NCBI GenBank assembly: GCA_963575745.1
Contig: CAUYUJ010000192.1
Coordinates: forward strand, 1 to 64,000
Direction of reading: 5' to 3'
DNA: 64,000 nt
DNA from: Prorocentrum cordatum
Taxonomy: Eukaryota
The notes under the pieces are model-generated. The model did not search any database. It had not been told where the DNA came from and worked only from the letters and a program-made list of their open reading frames with translations. The position numbers and the translations under genes are program-made. Positions 36,170 to 47,835 of this stretch are shown piece by piece (positions within the stretch are counted from its first letter, which is position 1; each line of letters begins with the position of its first letter).

Positions 36170-36801
36170 GGGTAATTATTGATTCGAGCGGGTCATCGGA
36201 ATCTTGTATGTGTCGTCATTTTTGGGCTCCTGACGCCTGAATATGGCGGAAGTCTCAGGCGGGAGCTTCGTCTGTGAGTGAATTGCGAGGAAGTTTCAGG
36301 CGGGACCCCCCCCCTATGGGACCCGCAGCTCATGTGAGTAATCCAAGCGTGTCATCGGAATCTTGTAACTGTCGTCGCGTTTGGCCTATTCAAACTTGAG
36401 TATGGCGGAAGGCTCAGGCGGGAGCCTCGTCTGTGACTGAATTGCGAGGAAGGCTCAGGCGGGTGCCCCCTCCCTACGGTGCCTGCAGCCCATGTGAGCA
36501 TGTGAGTAATCCGAGCGGGTCATCGGAATCTTGTAACTGTCGTCAGTTTGGCTTCTTCAAGCTTGAATATGGCGGAAGTCTCAGGCGGGAGCTTCGTCTG
36601 TGAGGGAAATGCGAGGAAGTCTCAGGCGGGAGTCCTCTCGGGCCACCCCCCCTTATGGGGCTCGCATTTTGCGTTGGCAGACCGGGTGTTGCATGCCGAG
36701 CTGGTCGTCGGCAAATTTGTTATTGTCATGGGCCCGAGAGCCCGAAATTGGGAATTCCCGGGGTTCCGAAGTAGCCCGGGACACAGGGGCGACTGAGGAT
36801 T

Positions 36802-36867
<66 letters not shown>

Positions 36868-37135
36868 TACGGCGGCCGGCCCCGTCTGTGAGTGAATTGC
36901 GAGGAAGTCTTAGACGGGAGCCCCATCCCTATGGGGCCCGCAGTTCCTGTTCGAATCCGAGGCGGGTCATCGGAAACCTGTAACTGTCGTCGCTCTCGAG
37001 CCTTTGAGGCTTGAACATGGGGGAAGTATGAGGCGGGAGCCTCGTTTGTGAGTGAATTGCGAGGAAGTCTCAGGCGGGGGCCCCACCCCTATGGGACCCG
37101 CAGCTCGTATGAGTAATCCGAGCGGGTCATCTGAC
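36170..37135. repeat. Degenerate ~160-170-bp tandem repeat; one further copy at ~34084-34210
   Basis: Recurrent CTCAGGCGGGAGCCTCGTCTGTGAGTGAATTGCGAGGAAG ... TAATCCGAGCGGGTCATCGGAATC. Confidence 0.88.
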
Positions 37136-38020
37136 AGTAAGGGCGTCTCAACATACCGAGGACGATGATGAAGGTTTTTTCCAGATTCGCCGAGAAGATT
37201 ATCAGGCGGGGTCCTACCGTCGGAGTAATTTCTGCACATTTCAGTGTCATGCGAAGAAGCTACACGTTCTAATGTGTAGAATTGGCTCACCGAGAACAAA
37301 ATACACAGATCCACGGATGTGTAGAGGGCATGCACACCAACGCAATTTACGTGGTGCAGCGTACATGATGCGACGTACATGTTGCAACCCGCGTACTGCG
37401 ACCCAATTCGGAATGTAGATTCTATGCGGCGGCAGGTGCGATGACTGTTTTGCACTGGCTGGCGCAGTTTTGTGGTCGTGCTAGCGCGCGCAAGCTCGCG
37501 CGCAGAGCGGCCAAGAAATTTGGCACAACCGACGCGGCCGCGGTGGCGTTGACCGATGTGGATTTCCCATCACGTCTGGCAGGCCAATTTGGCGCGCGGG
37601 CGTTTCATTGCGGTCGGTGGCTTGGCCGGACGGTAGCGATGATGATCGCAGCGATCATGGTGACGATGATGACGATGACGAAGACCAGACAGGGTGTAAC
37701 AGGGTGTAGAAGCTGGTCACGCCGATGACGCTGATGATGCACATGTGTCGGTGGTGAAGGTGCTCGGGAAGATTTCGACACGCGCGCGTGGCAGAAACGC
37801 GCGGGTGGCCCGCATGGCTTCATATCAGAAGGATTGTCCCCCTCCCGTTCCCAGCATGCGCGCCGAAGTGTATCTATCCTCTTTCCCTTTCCCTGCCCGA
37901 CGTGTGTGGCCATGTTGGCTCAATACTTTCGGCCGATTTTGTGTTGCGGTTGGGCGCAGACGCTGGCCCTTGGACCGTGCGCCCTCGAAACCGCGCGGCC
38001 GCGGGTCAACCAAGTGTTTC

Positions 38021-39480
38021 ATGGCTATAGCCCTTCTGCCCGCACTCAAAAGGAACGCTTGATCAGGTAACTGCCGCCGCGGGCCTCAGCGTGGAGGAGG
38101 CGCGGCTGCCGTTGACGGAGTTTGTGGGGCTGGCGGTGGCCGAGGAGCCGGTGAATAAGCGGTCGAGGGCGCCCCATGCCTGCCCTGGGCGGGCTATGTT
38201 GGAGGACGCCGTGGCAACCTTCGTGGTGGCGGCCAAGTGAGGCGTGCCCGAGGCCCTGCCGCCTGCCGCCGCCTGGGGCGCGCGCGACGGCGGGACCCCA
38301 CCCGCGCGGAGGTGTCGCGCTGCAGACGGGGAGACCTGTCGCGGGTTGGAGGCGTGAGAGTGGGTTCGATGGAAGCCTCGCCTGGTCATGCTGTTGGAGG
38401 ACATGGGCGCGCCCTCGCTGTGGGCGGCGCGGTCCTGCATGGACCCCGAGCGAACGAAGGACGGCATCGCGGGCCCCGCGCGCATCAACACGGTGAGGTC
38501 GCACGTGTGAGCCATGGAGGCGATGCCCAGGTGGCTCCTGCGTGCGAGCGGTGTCCCGTGGCCCGAGACGGTCGTGCACGCCATGGGAAGCGTGCGCGCC
38601 AGGGCTGCCGAGCCGTTGGGGCAGACGATGCAGAACCAGGCCCTGCGCGCCACTGCATGAGCGCGTGTCGGGCGTGGGCCTGAACGACATGCTTTCATGG
38701 CACGAGGTCCATCGGGTCGTTGCGAACGTGGAGATGCTCCTCGACGCAGGTACATGCCCAACGACGAGGGCGGTGCGAGCCCCAAGTGCGTTCGCTGGGG
38801 CCCTGGGCCGGCTGGTCACGGACGAGGGCCACGCGAAACCCTATGCGGGTTGCGTGGCTCCGCCCGGGGCCCGGCATGGATACATGCGGGCCTCGACTTG
38901 AGGCAGGAGATTGCGACCTTCGATGTGGAGCGTTCCTTGCCGAGGTGTCATGGCGCGGAGCAGGGGGTGGCCCGCAAGCCCTCCGACACGCAGAGGCGGG
39001 GGCAGCGGGTCAGGCGGTGCCCCCGCCCGATGATGTTGGAGCCAGCAGCCGCCTGCGCGGGCGAGGAGCTCAAACTCCTCATCCCCGAGGGGGTCGTGAG
39101 CTTTTGGGCGGAGCGTTCGGAACGGGCCGACGACCCCGCCGGCCATGCCCGCGATGGGCGCCCCGAAGAACGCGAACGACTACGTGGGCACGCGGTCGCC
39201 GGGAGGCGCGGACACGCGCGCGAGGGCGCGCCGTGCCGTCGCCTCCAAGCTACAGCGGCGGTTCTCCGAGTGGTCGCGTTCCGGGCAGACCTGCGTGGAA
39301 TTAAGCGAACGGCAGCCGCCCCATGTCCTGGCGAATTGGTTGGTGCTGAAGAAGAACTTCTCGGTGCAGGAGGTGGCGAACGTGGCGGCCAAGACGCGCG
39401 CGCCCTTCGAGGCATGCGCTGGGTGGTGGGTGGGCGGCCGCGGCGGCCGCGGCGGCCGCGGCGGCCGAGAACGACGAGGG
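38021..39480 (+). pseudogene. Decayed tyrosine-recombinase-like gene
   Basis: Across frameshifts: RINTVRSHV..RWLL..GVPWP, GYMRASD (R), FWAERSERA (HxxR position) and DYVGTRSPGGADTRARARRAVASKLQ (GRW..Y position). SL relic GTGGCCATGTTGGCTCAAT at 37906-37924. Confidence 0.5.
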
Positions 39481-40588
39481 GGCGGCAACTCCAGATGCCG
39501 CCGCCGAAAACGGATGACATGAGGACGCCGCGCCACCGACGGGGGCCGCAACGCCCCCGCGAAGAGCCCAGGGGGCAGAGGGCGGACGCCACAGCGTCGA
39601 CGACGGCAGCCAGATGAACCTCCAGTTCGGTGGCGAAGAGCGGCAGCCCCCTCCCGGGAGGAAGGGGGGATGTGGCGGCTACCCCACGTCATCGTGCGTG
39701 GGAGGCGCGTGGTGGCCACGCAGTGGCCGCCGGCAGGTGCCAGGCCCGAAGCACCATGGCATGGTCTGCCACAGGCGCTGGCGGCGCACGCGTGCTGAGA
39801 TGATGGTGGCAGTCTCCAAGAGAGAGGGGGGGTGGACGCACCCGGCAACAACAAGGCGGCGGACCTAGCAATAAAACCCAGACGACGGGCGGCGACGGGG
39901 CAGCGACGGCGATGGCTAGACGGTGGACCCGGCAATGGAGCCCAGACGGAAGGCGGCGCCGGGGCGGCGACGGCGACAACAAAGCGGCGGACCCAGCAAT
40001 GGAACCCTGACGACGGGCGGCGACGAGGCGGCGACGGGGCGGCGACGGCGACAACAAGGCGGCGGGAATGGAAATGGAAATGGAACCCAACTCCTTAGGA
40101 AAGAATGCAGAGCCCCTAAGCGCGAGCACAGTTTGGGGAATATGCGCTGCTTTATCCACTCGGGCTGCTGTTCTTGAACGCGCCTGCTCCTGTGATTGTC
40201 TCTCCGACTCCGGATCCTGCCACCACGACTCCCGCGCGTATCTACGTATTTGATTATTGCGATCGTGTGTCTGAACCTGACTCCTGCCCCCAACGACTCT
40301 GCTTATCCAATCTTCGACTCTGACGCTCACCCTCCGACTCTTGCGTTCTTCTCGCCGACTCTGGTCCTTTCTTCCGATGTTTGCGCCTATCCTTCCGATT
40401 TGGGCCCGTTTCTTTGTTGCTTGGGGCATGACGGGCGTCATGGCCCCTGTTCACCCCCCCCAATGACGTAACGCTTCCCCCCCCGTGCGCTCCGGGCACT
40501 GCCGCCGTGCGCATTGGGATCCGCGTAGGAATCCGCATAGGAGTCTGGTCCGCAGTCGTCGTCGTCGACGTCGTCGTCGTCGTCGACG

Positions 40589-40632
<44 letters not shown>

Positions 40633-40714
40633 TCTCTCGTGGCTCGTGGCTCGTCGCTCGGCGCTCATCGTCGTCGTGCGCGCGGACGCGGCTGGAGCCT
40701 GTTTTTTATTCCGG

Positions 40715-42083
40715 GCCGATGACGGCAATCATTTGGGGGGGGATGGGGTCGATGACGTCACGCTTCGCGCTGGCGGCGCCTGGGAATGCCTAGGAATGAC
40801 GGAGGACGGGTGGCACCAGCATGAATGTGGCGATCTTCACCACAACGCTTGTGTACACTTCAGTGCCTGCGTGCACCACAACGCCTGTGTACACCACACC
40901 GCCTACGTACACCACAGCAGCCGTATGCAACACAGCGTCAGTTTGTGCCACCGCGCGCGCGGGCACAACAGCTCTTGTGTACACCACAGCGCGTGCGTAC
41001 ACCACATCAGCCGTGTGCAATACAGCACCAGTATACACCACAATGCCTGCGTGCATTGCAGTGCCTGTGTACACCACGGCGCCTGTGTGCACCACAGCAA
41101 CCGCGTGCAACACACCACCGCTGTTGCATGTAGAATGTTGTAAAGAATCGTCATCACAAAATGGAGCGCTTGTGGATTCCACCGAAAACAGTAGAAAATA
41201 ATCATTATGGACAACGGAGCGCCAGGGGAATCTACGAGTCCTTCCGAGTTCGCCCGCATCACCGTAACTCCTCTCATCCGCGTCCAGGAGGCTCCAGCTA
41301 AATTGGCCTTGCGAGAACCAAGTGGGCCGATTCAACAGACCATTCTGCGGTGCACGCTGAGATGCGCACGTGCGCTGTAGTGCCAACCCGCACGACAGGG
41401 GGTAAGGAGGAGGAGGAGGAGGAGGAGCAGGAGGAGGAGGAGGAGGAGGAGGAGCAGGAGGAGGAGGAGGAGGAGGAGGGGAGGAGGAGGAGGAGGAGGA
41501 GGAGGAGGTGGAAGTGGAGGAGAAGGGAGGTGGGCAGAACGTCGCATTCGATTATCAACACTTTCCTGGCGTGGCGCTTCCGCAGCAGATCCTCACGTAC
41601 AGGCTCCTTCTACTTGTTTTATGCACGCAGGCATTGTGGTGTACAATAGCGCTGCGTTGGACGCGGATGCTGTGGTGTAGACAGGCGCTGTGGCGTGCAC
41701 AGGCGCCGCGGTGCACGCAAGCATTGTGGTGTACACAGGCGCTGTGTTGCACATGGTTGCTGCGGTGTGCACATGTACACTGGCGCTGTAGTGTACGCAA
41801 GCACTGCGGCGTACACAGGCGATGCGTTGCACACGGTTGTTGCGATGTACGCAGGCGCTGTGGTGTACACGCGCGCTGTGTTGCACGCGAGCGTTGTGGT
41901 GTACACAGGTGCAGTGGGGCAGATCGCCACCTACATGCTGCTCGCGTCGTCGTCGTCGTCGCTTGTCGTCGCTCGTCGCGTCGTGCGCGCGGGCGCGGCT
42001 GTGGTGCCGGAGCCAAACGGCGGGGGGGGAGGGGCGTTACGTCATACCCCCCTCCGCCCCCCCCCCATGACGTTCGTCATCGC
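40715..42083. repeat. Foldback element: two inverted arrays of an 18-bp unit around a central spacer
   Basis: An array of (CACCACAGCGCCTGTGTA)-like units at ~40840-41130 is mirrored at ~41620-41910. Outer arms 40715-40762 and 42034-42083 pair, as do 40828 TGGCGATCT and ~41921 AGATCGCCA. Confidence 0.85.
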
Positions 42084-43483
42084 CGAACATAAAGACACGC
42101 GCTCTTTGTGCGATCGTGTTTGCGCTTTTGGTTCCTATCCCCACGGTTATGTTTGTTGGTTTCGCTTTCTTGTTTGTTGAATGAATTTTGCGATCGTCTC
42201 TCCGATTCCGGCTCCTACCCCCACGGTTCCAGCTCTCCTATTGTTCGATCCATGCGTCTATTTTCAGATGTTTGCGATCGTCTCTCCGATCCTGGATGCA
42301 CATCTTGCATTCACGCCTGCGCTGCGGATGCACATCTTGCATTCATACCGGCGTTGTTCTTTCTTGGGGGGCAAACAAAACAGTGCGGTCGATATTCACA
42401 CAGCAAGCAACTCCTTTTTCCTGCCTCCGACTTCGAACCCCTCGGCTCAGGCTCCGACTCCTGCTCACAGCCGCGTCTCCTGGGTGCCCCGGCACCCCCG
42501 CGCTGCCCTCGTCGCACGGGGCCAGAGCGCTATACAGAACGCTCTCAGAGCGTTCTCACGTCCCCCCTCGCTCATCGCCGATTGGCTTCGCTCGAAGAAG
42601 ATCAGACTACAGTGGATTGTTCCGAGGCCTCATCGGACGGGGCTAGGGCGAGGACAAATCCGTTCTAGAGCGCTCCGGAACGCTCTCCGAGCACTCCAGA
42701 GCGATTTGAGAGGGCCGCGGCGCCTGAGACCCTCCAGAGCCTCCGTCCTCGTGTGCGAAACACTCGCAGAGATCCAACGAGTTGAACACTATCAGTACAG
42801 AGATTGTTCTCCCTTCTCGGCCTCTAGAGGCCCTCGCCTGGCCGTGGGACCGTCAAAGAATTACTCGGGATGAAAACCGGCCCTGGGGAAAGGGTCGGGA
42901 CATCCGGGGATTCCGTCTCGAAAAAAACACAAATCACGACATCGGATTTTTGGGCTACGGTCCACCCGCAACGTAAGGATGAGTTGTTTTTCCAAGGCTA
43001 CCCTTGCATCCTTCCCGTTCGGCCCATCCTTGGCCGCTTCCGCCGGCCGCGCCCCGCTCGCAAGGTGTCGACGTGGCCCTCAAGGCCCCAGCATCCTTCA
43101 TGTGCGTTCTTATCACACGGGCTGACTGCATCCTCGCCCGAACTTGTCCTCGACCTGGCGTCGGCTTGCCTCGTGGGGCCGGTCCCGCCGGACCGACCTC
43201 GCGCGCTTGCGTCTCTTCGCCTCCCGTGCGCTCGAGGAGGAGGAGGAGGCGGAGGAGGAGGAGGAGGAGGAGGATCTGCCAACCCGCCGTCCTCGTGTTC
43301 TCGTCTTCGTGGCCCTCGTCCCTGCCATCGACGACCACTGGGCGTCGCGTGGAGGTTTGCCCAGGCCCAAGGCCCGGCCCCAGGCTTGAGCAGGGAGGCC
43401 GACTTTCGAACTGATCTGCACCAGCCTTGTCGTTTCTCCGTAGGACCTGCGACAGATGCGAAGAATGTTCCATGACGCTACGG

Positions 43484-43692
43484 TCGGGGAGACGTAAGAC
43501 TCGAGTAGGCCGGAACTCGGGCTTGCCGACGTTTTTTGACGAGCGCGTCCTGGATTTTGACGGTCCAGTTTTCGTGGGATTTCTGCAGCGGGAGCGCGCG
43601 TCAGCTGTCAGAATGGGTCTCTTCATTTTTATGAAGGCCCCGTCAGGCCAACCCGAGGCCCTTGTACGTACCCGAGTCTTGCGTCTTCCCGA
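43484..43692. repeat. MITE-like inverted repeat (~50-bp arms)
   Basis: TCGGGGAGACGTAAGACTCGAGTA.. (43484-43531) pairs with 43641-43692. Confidence 0.75.
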
Positions 43693-45769
43693 TACGGGGC
43701 GCTCTAAGTTTTGTTGCACAGATTCGACGGAAAATCAGTTTCGGGGTAAATCAGTATTTCAGTTGATCCCCTAGTTGCTCGAAGGGTGTCCCTGGGTTTT
43801 TTCTCGGGAGGCTCAGGCGGCCTCTCTTCCGAGGCCCAGGCAGGAGGACCCCTGGAGCTCCAGAGAGGCTCGAGCAGCTGTGGAGGAGGCTTGCAGGAGG
43901 AAGGACACCTGTGGGCCAGGAGCAGCTATGGCAACCGCCGAGACAGTGTCGCAGAGCATCTGCGAGTTACCAGAAGCATCAGGAGGCCCAGGGACAGCAC
44001 GTCACGGGAACACCTTCGTCCAGATCGGCCGAGGCATTTCTTTCTGGGAGGAGTCCCTTCCCGAGTCTCCTGGCATTTCGGATAACACCTCGGTAGTTGG
44101 AGCCTTGCGGGGTCTACGGAAACCAACAACCTGAGCACCACGGTATTAGAACATGTAAGACAAGCATACAGAAAGGACGGGCGCGTCAGAGCATTGAAGC
44201 GCCAAGACCTCATGATTCAGCCGTTCCAGCACACCTTGAACGTGGAACGGTCATGATCGCATATTAGACCGAATGTGATTGGAACTCAGACCTTGGTTTC
44301 GAAGTTTTGAACAGCTGATCAATATTGATCGGGCATGTACTGTTTGTTCCACTGGTAAAGGACATAACTGTGATTGGTACCGGGCACTTTTTTGTTCATG
44401 CTAGTGCTCTTGCTCGTTCTGGCCATACTTATTTGACGTTGAATCTTGCTGTCGACTTTGCTGCCACACCTGTGGCCTGAGCTGCTCACACCACCCGTGG
44501 GCGTAACTGTTTTTGTTGCGCATGCGTCTGTGGAGCTGAATGAGGGTGTGGTTCGGGAGTCGCTCTCGCACCCGATCTCATCATCGACGCTCTCGTCCTC
44601 GGAGTTGTCGCTGTGGGCTGCGGGCGGCGGAGACGGAGCAGCGTGGCTGCCCGTCGAGCGAACCGGCCTCCTTGTTAAGCGAAATGGCCCTGGCATCGCT
44701 CGGGCGCGTGCACTCTCGGCGAGGCCAGGGCCAGAAACTCTGGGCAAGCTTGGGGCGTCGTGAACCATCTGGAGACAGCGCACGGGAAACCAGACTGCGC
44801 CAAGTCGGGCATGTACCTCTACAGGAGGAATGTTGACGAATAGTTCGGAGGTTGATAGACCTCCTACCCTGACACGTCGATTCAGGAATTGGCCGTTTTC
44901 GGTTCGCGAGAGGGCGTCGCGGCCGTCATTGTTGCGGGTCCAGGTCCGTCGGTTTCGGTCCCAGGCCGTTTTCACTAAGGGGAGGTTTACTAAAGGGAGG
45001 TTTGTCCACCGCCGAATAGTCAAAACATAGTGTGGGAACGATTCTTCGACCAGTTTTGATTGTGTTTGAGTTTTTGTTGCTCTATTTTTGTTTCTTCGTC
45101 CACAGTCCCCCTGCAGGAGGAAATGCCCGACCCAAAACTATGCACGGGGAGTGGACGTTCGAGCGGCCGCAAGAGGTGGTCAAGCGTGTGTGGCCCAGCG
45201 TGTGAGTGCTCCACTCGCCCCGCCATGGCCCGTGCCGAATTCCTTGGTCCGATTCGATATCGATTTCGGCCGGCTCGATCCAGTCCGATCTCGCTCCTCT
45301 TCCTCCTCCTCCTCCTCCTCCTCCTCCTCCTCCTCCTCCTCCTCCTCCTCCTCCTCCTCGTCGGTTCTGGTCCCGCGGCGATGCGGCTGGGTTCGATGCA
45401 GGGTGCGATCGCAGCCGAATTCTATCGATTCCAAGGCTGACCGCTCCTGCCCCGCCTACGTACGAAGGCTCAGTGGCATTTGGGTCCAGTGCGGATGAGC
45501 ACGTGCCCGTTGTGATTCTTGCTTGTTGGCCTTGAGGCGGCCTTGTCCGAGCTCTTCTACGCCCAGTCGCAGGCGGGTGCCCCGCGGCATGTGGTCGATC
45601 CAGACAGACGATCGAGAAGTCATGCAGGCAGGGATCGGGAGTTTGCCAATCCTAAGATGCAGCACTCGGCTGCGCGCCGTAGTGGCCCTCCTTTACCAGG
45701 TTGAGCTTCGTTGCGGGCCCGCAGGGGTCCCCATCAGTAGTAGTTGGCGCGCTTGGATTTGCCCGCCTC

Positions 45770-45801
45770 CCCTAAACCCTAAACCCTAAACCCTAAACCC
45801 T
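45770..45801 (-). repeat. Interstitial telomere-type repeat (TTTAGGG)4
   Basis: CCCTAAA x4 + CCCT on the + strand. Confidence 0.9.
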
Positions 45802-47639
45802 CAGACTACGCACCAATAGTAGCTTTTGCGTGCAGCCACTGCCCTGAACAAAGGATCGATCAGGACTTCTCTCGTGCGTCGCGTTCGAGTCGTCGCGTCC
45901 ATGGTAGGATGGTCCGGCCCTGGGTCACCATCGCTGGTCTCATTCTGCGCGGTGAGTCGTCAGGATAATTGTCGTACTCAGTCCTGTGGCGTGTTACCTG
46001 CAGATGTCATTGTTGATTCGCACAGCCGTGAGAGAATAGACCCACCCATTTGTGTCTCCCCACAACAGCCTCAGATGATGGGGCTGGGCGGTACAGTTCA
46101 GGAAAGACCCGAGAGATCCACACTGCCAATGTCGGAAGTTTGGCGCGAAGCTATAGTATCTAGCCGTCTCGTGGGCAGTCAGGGCATCAAAGATCCACAC
46201 GGGCCCGGGGGCTTGTCGGCACATGATTTTTGATTGTAATATTCATGGCCAGCCAACGTTTGTGATATCCGTCTTCATGTTCTTGTATGGCGCAATTCCC
46301 TTGCAATCCCTCACCGAAATTTGAGCGCGTCTGCCAGTAGATATGCGGCAAGAGAAGCCATGCAACATCAGAACAATTCCATTAATCATGCGCAGTGTCG
46401 CGAGCCGTGGAATTCGCCCTCTTGTTGCTCATCAGACGATGGTGGTACCCGAGAAAGGCCGTTGTTTTGTTCCCCAACCGACAGGTTGGGTTGCTTCGCC
46501 ATTCTGTCGATCCCAAGAGAGAACATGTGCGGCTTCATTTTGCGCGCTTATTGTTTGCGACGTCCCGTCTTGCGGCCTGCCTGTAGTTGTTTTTCCCGTC
46601 TTGGGGGTCTTGTTGGCCGTCTTGGGGCATTCTTGGGTTTCTCCAGGCCGTCTTGGGGGCCTCTAGGGCCGTCTATGGCCAGTTTGGAGGGCCCCTCTGG
46701 CCGTTTTGGGCTTGCAAGCGCCCGACAAGGCAAGAACACGAAACTCAATCAAAACCTACGCAAAGTCACAGATTTGTGACTCTCGAAGCTCTCCTTGAGT
46801 CCTCTTGGGGCCCTGTCTCGGTGTCTTGGGCGGTCCTGAGGCCAGCTCGGGCGCTCTGGAAGTCGTCTGAGCGTGTGAGTGCCCTTCCTGCACCGTATTG
46901 GAGAGCATCTCAGGCACCTCCGAGGTGGCAGAGGCCAGATTTTCGAAGGCTCCGGAGGCCCCGGGGATGCGCCGACGAGCTCGTGCTCTCCTCCCTCTGG
47001 GCCGCCCCCCGGGCCCCACGGGATTCTGGACCCCAGGGGAGGGGGAGGGAGGGAGGGAGGGAGGGAGGGAGGGAGGGAGGGGAGAGGGAGGGAGGGAGGG
47101 AGGGGAGGGGGAAAGGGAGAGTCGGACGCTTTCGTCGGTTCTCGGAGGTTTTCGTCGGTTCTCGGAGGTTTTCCACCCTCGGGATGCGTTCCAGCGGCTG
47201 CACCTCGCCGAGGGCGTTCTGGGGGTGCCCCGATCGTCCCGAACGGCCGCTGGAGACCCGAGTCACGACCCAAAAAACCAATTGCGGCGGCGCGCCCAGT
47301 GGGGGAAGTGAGAAGGAGAAGGCCTTCTCAGGTGGCGGGACTTCTCAGAAGCCCTCCGGCCTTGTGAGAACTTGTCTGTGCTCTCGGAGAAGGCTCAGAG
47401 TTCTTCTCAGAACGCCCGGGAACTTCTGAGCCTTCTGAGAAGGCCCGCCCCTCCTGACTTCCCCCCCGCTCTCGCCGCCAAGATGGGGGTCTGATAGCCC
47501 ATCCGCTCCCACGCCTTTGCACTTCTGGCAGGCGGGGGTCGGCGGACCTGTCAGGAGACGATGCCAGTGCACGAGAGAAGCCATCGCTTCCTTTGGCCCG
47601 ACAGGCTGGGGCTGTTGGATGCTGCGACGAAGGTTTTCG

Positions 47640-47835
47640 AAGAAGAAAAAACGCCACAAGCATAAACCTTCTGCGCTCCGCGCGGATTTCTTGGATCCGC
47701 GCTGGGCCCCCCCGGCGGCGCCTCTGGCGCCGCCCCTGGCGCGCTCCGCGCGCCCGGGAGAGGGGGTCCAGCACAGATCCAAGAAATCCGCGCGGAGCGC
47801 CCAAAGTTATGTTTAGGCAGCGTTTTCTCCTTCTA
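47640..47835. mobile_element. Short hairpin MITE-like element; related copies at ~62830-62990 and ~63225-63475
   Basis: Perfect 25-bp inverted repeat GCGCTCCGCGCGGATTTCTTGGATC (47673-47697 / 47776-47800). The same arms occur at ~63301-63325 / 63416-63440. Confidence 0.8.

Noticed and set aside
43815..45705. Exon-like segments (~43815-44030, ~45536-45700) and minus-strand ORF 44319..45023
   Set aside because: Plausible splice context but no recognisable motifs; not supportable without transcripts.
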